Assembly: GCA_963754925.1 (NCBI GenBank)
Contig: CAVWHX010000004.1
Coordinates: 448,001 to 512,000 of the forward strand
Reading direction: 5' to 3'
DNA length: 64,000 bases
Source of the DNA: an uncultured delta proteobacterium
GTDB lineage: Bacteria; Myxococcota; B64-G9
Numbering within the stretch: the first letter of the stretch is position 1; each line of letters begins with the position of its first letter. Positions 42,103 to 51,033 of this stretch are shown piece by piece. Below the pieces are notes generated by a model. The model did no database searches, had not been told where the DNA came from, and saw only the letters and a list, made by a program, of their open reading frames with translations. A program made the position numbers and the translations under genes.

Positions 42103-42808
42103 CGAGGACTATTTCGGTTATTACATTCCTCCCGAAGAAAAATTGCTGAAAAAATGGGGAAGCCTGTTCGCCATCTCCGACGGGGTCGGGGGAAATGCCG
42201 CGGGAGAAGTCGCCAGCGCCGAAGCGGTCAACGTCTTGCTGCAAGAATATTACTTCGGAGATCATTCTGATAACGCTCCGGACCGGCTGAAAAACGTGTT
42301 CCGCCATACCGCGTTACATATTTACGATTTATCAATAAGCCATCAAACCGCGCGTAATATGAAATGCACCCTGTCCACCCTTCTGGTGAAACATAACCGT
42401 TTTTTTATAACACACGTGGGCGATTCGAAAATAATGCTGTTGCGGAATAATAAGATAACCCAATTGACCAAGGACCACAATTTTGTCGCACAAATGATGC
42501 GCATGGGACTGATAACGCCGGAGGAAGCACGCACCCATCCCAATAAAAACGTATTGTTGAAAGCCGTCGGGGACGGGCCCCTGCTGGTCCCCGATTTTTA
42601 TTCCGGATTTGTCACTCCCGGCGATCTGTTCTGTCTGATCACCGATGGCATGTTGGAGCACGTGACGGCCGAGGAATTCAACTCGTTTATTCTGGAAAAC
42701 GGTCCAACGGAAAAGGGACTATCCAAGTTAATAACCGAGCTCAACCGGCGCGGCGGTCACGACAATATGACGGTAATGACGGTCAAGGTGAATAAAGTGC
42801 TGGGATGA
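41912..42808 (+). CDS. PP2C/PPM family Ser/Thr phosphatase (second start at 42014)
   Basis: RTNNED, SDGVGG, HVGDS, LTKDH, TDG, GGHDN. Confidence 0.92.
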   Translation: MMSLPATDDFRSSPFWISGSSDKGCVRTNLEEQPMTSLRVTEDFTSSPLQVSGLSDKGCVRTNNEDYFGYYIPPEEKLLKKWGSLFAISDGVGGNAAGEVASAEAVNVLLQEYYFGDHSDNAPDRLKNVFRHTALHIYDLSISHQTARNMKCTLSTLLVKHNRFFITHVGDSKIMLLRNNKITQLTKDHNFVAQMMRMGLITPEEARTHPNKNVLLKAVGDGPLLVPDFYSGFVTPGDLFCLITDGMLEHVTAEEFNSFILENGPTEKGLSKLITELNRRGGHDNMTVMTVKVNKVLG

Positions 42809-42890
42809 GCGTATCGTAACATCAGGTTGACAGGCTCTATCGAGGTGGTGTAGTTGGTAGTTCATGATGAAAAAGAAGGGCAGCGATACC

Positions 42891-43229
42891 ATGACTAAGA
42901 TTGAATGCATCGTCCGGCCAAATAAAATTTTGGACGTGAAAAATTCCTTAAGTAAGTTCGGGATCAAGGGAATGACCGTCACCGAGGTAATCGGATGCGG
43001 TCTGCAAAAAGGCCGCGTGGAAGATAACTGGAACACGGAATTGAATATCAATCTGCTCCCCAAAACAAAAGTTGAGATGGTTGTTCCGGATGAAATGGTT
43101 GACGAAGTCATCCAGTCAATTATTAAAATTTGTCGCACCGGCGAGATCGGCGACGGTAAAATATTCACCTACCCCATCGGCAACGCCATAAGAATTCGCA
43201 CCGGCGAAACGGGGGACAAAGCCATTTAG
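42891..43229 (+). CDS. glnB: P-II family signal transduction protein (112 aa, atypical T-loop)
   Basis: IVRP, GMTVTEV.G.G.QKG, LLPK, TGEIGDGKIF, RIRTGE. Confidence 0.93.
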   Translation: MTKIECIVRPNKILDVKNSLSKFGIKGMTVTEVIGCGLQKGRVEDNWNTELNINLLPKTKVEMVVPDEMVDEVIQSIIKICRTGEIGDGKIFTYPIGNAIRIRTGETGDKAI

Positions 43230-44191
43230 CGGTTCCTGAGGAAAACCAGCAAAAGAGTCAGGATTATGGCGGCCGCCACCGAGATGCCGAATATAAGCCA
43301 ATGGTTGCGCTTTGTGGGAAGAAAGGCTACCAGGGGCGGATCGGGTATGTCAGCCCATTTGACATCGACATTTTCAGGGTGCCGCAAATCCTCGGCCATT
43401 TCGTGTGCTGACGTATAGCGTTCTTCTTTGCGCCGCCGCAGAGCCCGCCGAATGGCGGCCCAGATCCCCGGATGCAATTCAGGCACTATCGCGGTTAGGG
43501 GCTTGGGATCATCCGTTACGTGCTGATACATGACGGTCAGGGGATTATCACCCGTAAAAGGCGGTGTGCCAGACAACAGGTGATAGATGAGGCAACCCAC
43601 TGCATAGATATCGCTGCTGGCCCCCCCGCGTTCTCCTTTGATCTGTTCGGGCGCCATGTATTCGGGAGTTCCTATGAGGCCGGAAAAGCCCCGCCAGGTC
43701 ACCCGCGGCGCGCCTTCCATAATGGCGATGCCGAAATCAATGATTTTCAAATGGCCGTCAGGGGCGAGCAACAGGTTTTCCGGCTTCAGATCGCGATGAT
43801 ACACTCCTTTCTGGTGGCAGTAATACAAGGCATCCAGGAGATTCGTTACCATGACGATCGTTTGATCGATGGGGAATCGACCTTTTTCTTTCAGGATTTT
43901 CGCCAGCAATTCGCCTTCAAAATATTTTATCACCAAATAGGGCGGGCTTCCCTCAGAAAGCTCCAGGGTGGATGGCAGATCGGGGTGGTCCAACAACTTG
44001 CCGATAGCCATTTCACGTCTGAATCGTTCATAAATGGCCGGGTCGCCTAATTTGGAAAGATCGGGAATCTTGATGACGACTTTGCTGTTGGACCGTATGT
44101 CCTCCGCCAGAAACGCGCCCGCAAACCCCCCGGAGCCCAGGGACCTAATCAGCCGGTATTTGTCTTCGAAAATCGACCCGATTTCCAGCAT
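43226..44191 (-). CDS. Hanks-type Ser/Thr kinase with C-terminal TM anchor
   Basis: GSGGFA, VIK, HRDLKPEN, DFG, GTPEYMAPE, terminal hydrophobic helix. Confidence 0.94.
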   Translation of the reverse strand: MLEIGSIFEDKYRLIRSLGSGGFAGAFLAEDIRSNSKVVIKIPDLSKLGDPAIYERFRREMAIGKLLDHPDLPSTLELSEGSPPYLVIKYFEGELLAKILKEKGRFPIDQTIVMVTNLLDALYYCHQKGVYHRDLKPENLLLAPDGHLKIIDFGIAIMEGAPRVTWRGFSGLIGTPEYMAPEQIKGERGGASSDIYAVGCLIYHLLSGTPPFTGDNPLTVMYQHVTDDPKPLTAIVPELHPGIWAAIRRALRRRKEERYTSAHEMAEDLRHPENVDVKWADIPDPPLVAFLPTKRNHWLIFGISVAAAIILTLLLVFLRNR

Positions 44192-44260
44192 GGTAATCGC
44201 ATTCCTCTAAATAGGTATTATTAATGTTATCCGGAAAAAACGTCAATGATAGTATTTTGC

Positions 44261-44306
44261 ATATCGCGTTCGGTGAATTCGAGCGAGGCGCCTTCAGCAG
44301 GCAGCC
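44261..44306 (+). repeat. Right copy of 46-bp direct repeat (degenerate pirin 3' end)
   Basis: ATATCGCGTTCGGTGAATTCGAGCGAGGCGCCTTCAGCAGGCAGCC compared with 34461-34506. Confidence 0.75.
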
Positions 44307-44344
44307 CACGCGTCAACCTTCACCTTACAACAACCCGCTCCGTG

Positions 44345-45247
44345 CTACTGCCGCGTGAGGGTAAATGTCCAATCGCATTCCTGAGGGCCGCACGCTTGAT
44401 CATCGAGATAGGTCTCCTCACAAGCGCTGACACTGAATATACTCAGTTGCCCGGACGCCGATGAACAGTCTTCGTTCGGAATGATTCCTGCCCACTCTGA
44501 TTTTGAAGGACAACTAGGGTCACTAGGAGAGATGTTTATTGCCAATATTTGGTCTTGCTTGTCCCAGATGCTGGGAATAGTGCTCATGGACCAGGCCGTG
44601 CAGATCCCCGATGAGTTTAAGAGCGGTGCTACGCCATACGTCGTAAAACTGAGAATGTAGTTTTCGTCCGGGGTTTCCGCCACCACGGCATACGATGTTA
44701 AATCAGAATTACAGTAGGAATTGTAACCTATATCAGCGTACCAAATGCCCACCGGGCAGGACATTCCCGCGGGCGTTGCGGTCACGATGCTTGCATCGGT
44801 AGGCGCCTTCGCCAGCGCTACTCCGGTTGTAAGATCAACCATTATAGCGCCGAGGTCCTGGGCACCCCTGACAGAAACTATCTGACCCTTCTGGGTTCCT
44901 TCCGCATCCGTGAAAATAACCGTGGCCACGCTCGCGCCGAGGCTATCCAGGATGAAGCACTCCAGGGCACCGCTGCCGACCTCAAGTTTCAGGCTCACCA
45001 CGCCATCGGCCCCGGATGCGCCCTGTGCGTCCACCGCAGGATGGGTGAAGGTTATGCAATACAGTTGGTAGTCAACCAGTGGACTGAAAGGCCCTGAAGA
45101 ATTCCCCGTGGCCGCCCCCGAATACAACGTAGCGGAGAGAGTTATCGGCACCTGGCTGACGTCTCCTGATCCGCAATCCACTGCCATAAGAGCGCTCGTC
45201 ATTACCATCACTGAAACCGAAAAAAGTGAGCTGCGGTAATCAACCAT
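44345..45247 (-). CDS. Cys-rich secreted/lipoprotein of unknown function
   Basis: Hydrophobic N-terminus ending AVDCGSG, acidic Ser/Thr/Gly-rich body with many Cys. Confidence 0.6.
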   Translation of the reverse strand: MVDYRSSLFSVSVMVMTSALMAVDCGSGDVSQVPITLSATLYSGAATGNSSGPFSPLVDYQLYCITFTHPAVDAQGASGADGVVSLKLEVGSGALECFILDSLGASVATVIFTDAEGTQKGQIVSVRGAQDLGAIMVDLTTGVALAKAPTDASIVTATPAGMSCPVGIWYADIGYNSYCNSDLTSYAVVAETPDENYILSFTTYGVAPLLNSSGICTAWSMSTIPSIWDKQDQILAINISPSDPSCPSKSEWAGIIPNEDCSSASGQLSIFSVSACEETYLDDQACGPQECDWTFTLTRQ

Positions 45248-45452
45248 TTTCAAACCCTTTCTTGGCGGTCTTTGGAACACGGCGTTGCTGCGCAGAAGGT
45301 TTTCGGCGAAGAACTGAGGCCGTTTGACCGTTGCTCGATCGTCAATAAAAATAGAACTAGTTATTCATCAGGTCAATCCAAAGTTCACGGTAGCCTGAAC
45401 TGTGCTTGACAGCGAGGCAGGCGGACGGTAAAGGGCACATCAGGAGGAGCGG

Positions 45453-45833
45453 ATGAATATTCCATTAGACTTTGATAAACAAGGCGGCCTCGTCCCCGCG
45501 GTCGTCCAGGACTATCGCACGGGCGAAGTCTTGATGCTTGGCTACATGAATCGGGAGGCTTTCGAGGAAACCGTGGCGACCGGCCGCGCCTGCTACTACA
45601 GCCGTTCGCGCAAGAAGCTCTGGCGCAAGGGCGAGGAATCGCATAATGCCCAGAACGTGCGCGAAATCCGCGTCGATTGCGATCGCGATACGGTGCTGCT
45701 CAAGGTCGAACAGGTCGGCGGCGCCGCCTGCCATGAAGGCTATCGCTCGTGTTTTTTTACCAAAGTAGAGGGCGGCACATTAACCATCGATTGCGAGCGG
45801 GTGTTTGACCCTCGGGAGGTGTACAAAAAATGA
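45453..45833 (+). CDS. hisI: Phosphoribosyl-AMP cyclohydrolase
   Basis: [29 protein letters not shown]. Confidence 0.96.
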   Translation: MNIPLDFDKQGGLVPAVVQDYRTGEVLMLGYMNREAFEETVATGRACYYSRSRKKLWRKGEESHNAQNVREIRVDCDRDTVLLKVEQVGGAACHEGYRSCFFTKVEGGTLTIDCERVFDPREVYKK

Positions 45834-46708
45834 GTCTCATTCGCTTGGCCATACCCAAGGGCAGCCTGCAGCAGGCCACGATTGATCTCTTCAAGGACGC
45901 CGGTTGGCGCATCGTGCCATCCTCCCGGAGCTACTTTCCATCTATCGACGACCCGGAGATCGAATGCGCCTTGGTTCGGGCCCAAGAGATATCGCGCTAC
46001 GTTGAAAGCGGCTTGTTCGACATGGCGCTCACCGGCCTGGATTGGATTCTCGAAAACGAAAGCGATGTCGTCGAAGTGGCCGACCTGGTCTACTCTAAGT
46101 CCACGGCCGGGCCTGCGCGTTGGGTTATCGCGGTACCGGAAACCTCGACCATCAAGACCATTCACGATCTCGATGGCAAGAAGATTGCTACCGAGCTGGT
46201 GAACTTCACGCGCAAATTCTTCAAAAAAAACAAGATTCAAGTGGAAGTGGAGTTCTCATGGGGCGCCACCGAGGCCAAGGCGGTGGATGGCCTGGTAGAC
46301 GCCATCGTTGAAGTGACCGAAACCGGCTCCACCATCAAGGCGCACAATCTCAAAATCATCCACGAGCTTTTGGTAACCAACACAAAACTCATCGCCAACA
46401 AAAAATCCTGGGCCAATTCTTTGAAGCGCGCAAAGATTGAGCAAGTGTCCTTGATGTTGAAGTCAGCGCTGCACGCCGCCGAAATGACCGGTCTCAAAAT
46501 GAACGTCCCCAAGGACAAGCTCGAAAAGGTCATCGCGATGCTGCCGTCCATTACCTCGCCGACGACTTCTCCGTTGCATGATCCAAATTGGTTCTCGTTG
46601 GAAACGATCATACCGGAGACACAGGCTCGCGATCTGATCCCCAAACTGCTGCGCGTCGGCGCCACCGGCATCATCGAGTACGCACTTAAAAAGGTTATTA
46701 ATCGATAA
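45830..46708 (+). CDS. hisG: ATP phosphoribosyltransferase (long form)
   Basis: [31 protein letters not shown]-terminal regulatory domain. Confidence 0.96.
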   Translation: MSLIRLAIPKGSLQQATIDLFKDAGWRIVPSSRSYFPSIDDPEIECALVRAQEISRYVESGLFDMALTGLDWILENESDVVEVADLVYSKSTAGPARWVIAVPETSTIKTIHDLDGKKIATELVNFTRKFFKKNKIQVEVEFSWGATEAKAVDGLVDAIVEVTETGSTIKAHNLKIIHELLVTNTKLIANKKSWANSLKRAKIEQVSLMLKSALHAAEMTGLKMNVPKDKLEKVIAMLPSITSPTTSPLHDPNWFSLETIIPETQARDLIPKLLRVGATGIIEYALKKVINR

Positions 46709-46737
46709 GTGGTAGTCCTTCAGAAAAAGTTCACTTG

Positions 46738-46983
46738 GGGTCCTGTCGGCTGCGGCACTCTTTCGGCTGTCCTCGTTCACCGGCTGCGGGTGACGATGGT
46801 CGAAGGCCTTGCCGCGCGCAGCAAAAGCGAGCACGGCGAGGTGACCGTCGGCAGGACCCGCAGCCAAACCCCTAACGGGATAAGAGACCGTAAGCTCACT
46901 GCGTTCGCTAACGGGCTCTAACCGCACGCAGCCTGTGCCCTGCGGGCAGGCGAAAGAGGACTCGCCTCCGCCGCCACCCCTCG
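46738..46983 (+). repeat. Bipartite long-hairpin element (family B), copy 2, with nested inserts
   Basis: End blocks 46738-46775 and 46943-46983 match copy 1. The 167-nt middle differs. Confidence 0.8.
46869..46921. repeat. Family A repeat nested in family B element
   Basis: CCCCTAACGGGATAAGAGACCGTAAGCTCACTGCGTTCGCTAACGGGCTCTAA. Confidence 0.85.
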
Positions 46984-47062
46984 TTCACCTTCACTCAAGT
47001 TACGGCATGCGTTATTTGTTAGGGACGTTGACCTACCGCCCAGTCCCCGCTAGGATGTTGGT

Positions 47063-48367
47063 ATGTCTCCCACGAGTGTTCACAACTGCGAGATCGTCGG
47101 CCAGATCGCCACCGGCGGAATGGCGATCATATACAAGGCGGTCCAGAATTCCCTCAACCGGCCCGTCGCGATCAAAGAGCTCAAGCCCGAGTTCGCCGGT
47201 GACGCCCAACTCGTCGCTCGTTTCATCCGCGAAAGCAACCTGCTCGCCAAGTTGCAGCACGAGAACATCGTCCAGATCTACGACTTCATCCACGAGGGCG
47301 ACACCTTTTGGATGGTAATGGAGTACGTCGAGGGCATCGACCTCTCCAATTTGCTCGATCAGGTTCACCACATCCCGCCCGACGTCGGTGCCTTGATCGG
47401 CCTTTCGGTCTGCCAGGCGCTCGAATACGCCCACTACCGCGGGATCATCCATCGCGACATCAAACCCGCCAATATTCTGATCTCGCACAAGGGCGAGGTT
47501 AAGCTGATGGACTTCGGGATCGCCCGCGACGAGGCGCTCGGCGACTTCACCCGCCCCGGCATCTCCATGGGTACCCCGACCTACATGTCCCCTGAACAGG
47601 TGCTCGGGCTTAAGCTCGACTTCCGTTCCGACATGTTTTCTTTCGGGATCGTGCTCTACCAGATGCTCACCGGCTTCAAGCCGTTTTCCGAAAGCGGCAA
47701 CAAGAGCATTATGCATAAGATCCTGCTGACTGAATTCATCCGTCCGCGCAAACTCAACCCCAACATTCCGCGTCAGCTCGAAGCCATCATCCTGCGCTGC
47801 CTGGCCCGCGAACCAGCCAAGCGTTTCAGCAGCACCGGCGTCCTGCGCCAGGAGATCGAGCGCTATGTCGGCTCAAAGATAAACCTCAATTACTCCGGCC
47901 GGCTGGTTACGTACCTATACCACCAGGGCGTGGTCGGCCGAGAGGTGGCAGAAAATTTCGTCGCGCCGGCAGTGCTCGGAGACGAGAAGCTCATTCGCGC
48001 CGACCAGAATCTTCCGGCAGCGCTGTCGCTGCGGAAGGTGGCCGTGGTCCAGGGCGCCTTGGGAGCGATTCTCCTGATATGGATCTTGACGGCGCACCTT
48101 ACCACCAGTCAGTCAACCTCGGGATTCGAGACCATCGTGGCGCCGCCGCCGCCCGGCCTACTCACCGTGGTGGCGAACCCGTGGGCGGAGATTTTTATTG
48201 ATGGCGCCTACGCGGAGACCACGCCGCTCGCGCGCAGTTTCGAACTGACGCCCGGCGTGCATCGGGTGATGTTGAAGAACCCGTACTTCCAGTCCACATT
48301 TAGAAAGGTGTTAATTGAATCCACCCGGCTTAAAAAGCTGAGGGTGCAACTGGTGCCGAAGAAATGA
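47063..48367 (+). CDS. Membrane Ser/Thr kinase with C-terminal PEGA-like domain
   Basis: TGGMA, VAIK, HRDIKPAN, DFG, GTPTYMSPE, TM, ANPWAEIFIDG...TP. Confidence 0.92.
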   Translation: MSPTSVHNCEIVGQIATGGMAIIYKAVQNSLNRPVAIKELKPEFAGDAQLVARFIRESNLLAKLQHENIVQIYDFIHEGDTFWMVMEYVEGIDLSNLLDQVHHIPPDVGALIGLSVCQALEYAHYRGIIHRDIKPANILISHKGEVKLMDFGIARDEALGDFTRPGISMGTPTYMSPEQVLGLKLDFRSDMFSFGIVLYQMLTGFKPFSESGNKSIMHKILLTEFIRPRKLNPNIPRQLEAIILRCLAREPAKRFSSTGVLRQEIERYVGSKINLNYSGRLVTYLYHQGVVGREVAENFVAPAVLGDEKLIRADQNLPAALSLRKVAVVQGALGAILLIWILTAHLTTSQSTSGFETIVAPPPPGLLTVVANPWAEIFIDGAYAETTPLARSFELTPGVHRVMLKNPYFQSTFRKVLIESTRLKKLRVQLVPKK

Positions 48368-48444
48368 GATAAAGCGCCGTTACGTTATACTCTCAAGAAT
48401 CTCGACCACGCTTTCAACGCACGGTCATTTCTTTTCAAGTTCCG

Positions 48445-49635
48445 TTAAGATCTCTTAACATTTTCTTCGGGTTCATCGATTACCACCACGGCTTGGGAAG
48501 ATTCTTCCGCCGCCTCCTGTTGAAGAAGCCCGGGTTGTTTGATGGCCGGCGTAGCTGGTTTGACCTGTAGGGGAATACTCTCTTTTCTGTGCGTTGGGAC
48601 GTCTATGATTTCCTCGGATTCCTCGGAAAGGAGCGCATCGACGCTTCGGTTCCAGTCGTTTCGAGAGTTGATCCAGGCGCGGTAGCGCTCCACGGTCCAC
48701 ATGCCCTCGTTTCCGGAGGTTTCCAAGACGGTCTGGAGTTTAAAGAATTGCCCGGTGCGGATGACGGCCTTGGCCGAGGAGGTGCCCAAGAGGATCTCGC
48801 ATTCCGGAATCTGGAGATTGTAATCAGGCCAGAAGCGAAGTTTTTGACAAACCACCGCCACCAGGCAGTCGGCCAATTGAGCGCTGATGCTGGCTTGAAT
48901 ATCCGACGGAAACGCGAGGACTACTCGCTGCAAGGCCTCGGCCACCGAAGATGAGTGCACGGTCGCCAAGACCAAATGGCCGGTTTCCGCGGCGTTCAAG
49001 GTCAGGCGCATGCAGGCGGGATCGCGCATCTCGCCCACCATAATGACATCGGGGTTCTCGCGCAGGGCGTCTTGCAGTGCTTGCTCGAACGAGGGCGTGT
49101 CGCGACCCACCTCGCGCTGTCGGATAAAAGCCTTTTTGTGCCCCAACAAATACTCGATCGGGCTTTCGATGGTTATGATATGCAGGGGTTCCGTGCGATT
49201 GAGCTCCTCCAGCAAAGCCGCCATGGTCGAGGATTTGCCGCACCCGGTCGGCCCGCTTATGAGAATCAATCCGTGCGGACGTAAAACGATCTTTTTTATT
49301 TCGGGGTGGAGATTCAGCGATTCCACCGTCGGCTGAATCGCCGGCAGCAACCGCAACGCCAAACCCACGCCGCGGATGGTGGTCAAGACATTGATGCGGC
49401 AGCGTACGCCGCCAATCGTCTTGGCCAAGTCGTAGGATCGCTGTCTGAGGAAATCCTGATACGCCGCTTCGCCGAGAAGCTTTCGGACCGTGGCTTGAAG
49501 CTCGGCGGCCGAAAACGGATCGCCGCCGAGTTTGAGTTTTCCGCGGATTCGGTGCGCCGGCGGGAGGCCGGGTTCCAGATGGAGATCGGAAACTCCCATT
49601 TTCCTGGCTTGCTGGATCATATTTTCTAGGTTCAT
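48445..49635 (-). CDS. PilT/PilU family ATPase
   Basis: [54 protein letters not shown]. The true end may be 48425 if one base is missing. Confidence 0.92.
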   Translation of the reverse strand: MNLENMIQQARKMGVSDLHLEPGLPPAHRIRGKLKLGGDPFSAAELQATVRKLLGEAAYQDFLRQRSYDLAKTIGGVRCRINVLTTIRGVGLALRLLPAIQPTVESLNLHPEIKKIVLRPHGLILISGPTGCGKSSTMAALLEELNRTEPLHIITIESPIEYLLGHKKAFIRQREVGRDTPSFEQALQDALRENPDVIMVGEMRDPACMRLTLNAAETGHLVLATVHSSSVAEALQRVVLAFPSDIQASISAQLADCLVAVVCQKLRFWPDYNLQIPECEILLGTSSAKAVIRTGQFFKLQTVLETSGNEGMWTVERYRAWINSRNDWNRSVDALLSEESEEIIDVPTHRKESIPLQVKPATPAIKQPGLLQQEAAEESSQAVVVIDEPEENVKRS

Positions 49636-49671
49636 GTGGCTACTCTCTTTTCTGAATTAACTTTGCATTGA

Positions 49672-49687
49672 AGCAATCTATATGCCG
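49672..49687 (-). promoter_or_regulatory. sigma54 -24/-12 promoter of the pilT-like gene
   Basis: Minus strand CGGCATATAGATTGCT, GG-N10-GC, about 36 nt upstream of the ATG. Confidence 0.7.
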
Positions 49688-49974
49688 GAGCGGTCAAAAG
49701 CCATCGCAGAAGTTAATTTTCTTGATCATCAAGAAAATATTACGTTTTTAGAGAAATTGATCGCATTCCGCAGATGGAAAGCACCTAGAGAATGAGCAGA
49801 TTTGCGGACAGGTTGGCGATGCTAACTAAGTAGGACTTGGCGAAAAAGACATTTTGGCAAAGAAGAGGGAAGGGTGCAAGGCAACAACTCTAAATGGATT
49901 AATGTCGTTGTTTGATCCAATCGTTAAGTGGAGCGGAAAATTTGTTTGAGAATTAAGCGAAGTCAGGATAGTCA

Positions 49975-50952
49975 ATGATGAGGATGTGTCGTAATAAAAA
50001 GCCGATTTGGACCATCAGCCTGTTGGTTGTTTTGTTCGTTGGGCATACAGCCCTGGCCGTGAAGTACAAAACGCGCCCGAATGAGAGCCTGTCTGCGGTC
50101 GCCAAGCTGCACTACGGCGATTCAAAGAAGGTCATCTACCTCATGGCCGCCAATGGCATAGCCAATCCGGACAACCTCGAGCGTGAGCGCGTGGTGTGGG
50201 TCCCCACCGTGTGGCAATATGCTCTCAAGCGCGGCGAAGATTTGGCGCAGGTCTCTGCGCGGTACCTCAAGGATCCCAAGCGCGCCGATTTCTTGATATG
50301 GATCAACCACATCGCGAACCTATCCGACATCAAGCCGGGCACCGTCCTCACCATGCCGTTTGTGCTCGCGCACCATGTTCTTCCCAATCAGTCCTGGGCT
50401 GATATCTCCCGCCAGTACTATTTCGGCGTTAAGGGGATCGCAACCATCCGTAAGTTCAACAATAAGCAGGGTGAGGTGCTTACCCCTGGAGAAACGCTCG
50501 AAATCCCCATTTTTGATCCTGAGGCGTCGACCGACAAGGTACGCGAGCGTCTCAAGCGTTTCCAAGCCGAGGCGCCTGTCTCACCTGCGGCGCCGGCAGC
50601 GGCACCAGCAGTTGCGCCCGCAGCGGCCGTCACCGCACCGCCAAAACCCGCAACCCGCACGCTTTCCGATCAGATAAACGATCTGCGCGACTTATTTGAG
50701 GACGGCGAGTACGAGCTGGCTAAGACCGCCCTCACCCGCCTCCTAGGCCAAAAACCTACCGCCCAAGAAGAGGTTCAGGCGCGCGAGTTGCTGGCCTTTT
50801 GCCTCGCGGCTCAGGATCGATATCAGGATGCAGAGCAGGAATTCGCGCACCTTTTGTTGCTCGCCCCGGAGCATACCCTCGACCCCATCACCACCTCACC
50901 CAAAATCCGGGAAATCTTTCAACGCGCCCGCCAGATACAAGAGTTGCCATAG
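49975..50952 (+). CDS. Exported LysM-repeat protein with Ala/Pro linker and C-terminal TPR-like domain
   Basis: Signal peptide, three LysM-like units (ESLSAVAKLHYGD, EDLAQVSARYL, QSWADISRQYY), APAAAPA linker, helical repeat, TSPKI end. Confidence 0.8.
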   Translation: MMRMCRNKKPIWTISLLVVLFVGHTALAVKYKTRPNESLSAVAKLHYGDSKKVIYLMAANGIANPDNLERERVVWVPTVWQYALKRGEDLAQVSARYLKDPKRADFLIWINHIANLSDIKPGTVLTMPFVLAHHVLPNQSWADISRQYYFGVKGIATIRKFNNKQGEVLTPGETLEIPIFDPEASTDKVRERLKRFQAEAPVSPAAPAAAPAVAPAAAVTAPPKPATRTLSDQINDLRDLFEDGEYELAKTALTRLLGQKPTAQEEVQARELLAFCLAAQDRYQDAEQEFAHLLLLAPEHTLDPITTSPKIREIFQRARQIQELP

Positions 50953-51033
50953 CTTGAAACGTGTCGTAGCGTATAAAAATGATTCCGAACCCTGCGATAC
51001 ATGGTAGTATGCCGTGAGCGACCGGGGAGTTGT

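Larger units (their letters stand above)
34461..44306. mobile_element. Putative 9.8-kb genomic island inserted at the pirin 3' end (no integrase seen)
   Basis: Flanking degenerate direct repeats, a sharp drop in GC by eye, and accessory gene content. Confidence 0.6.
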
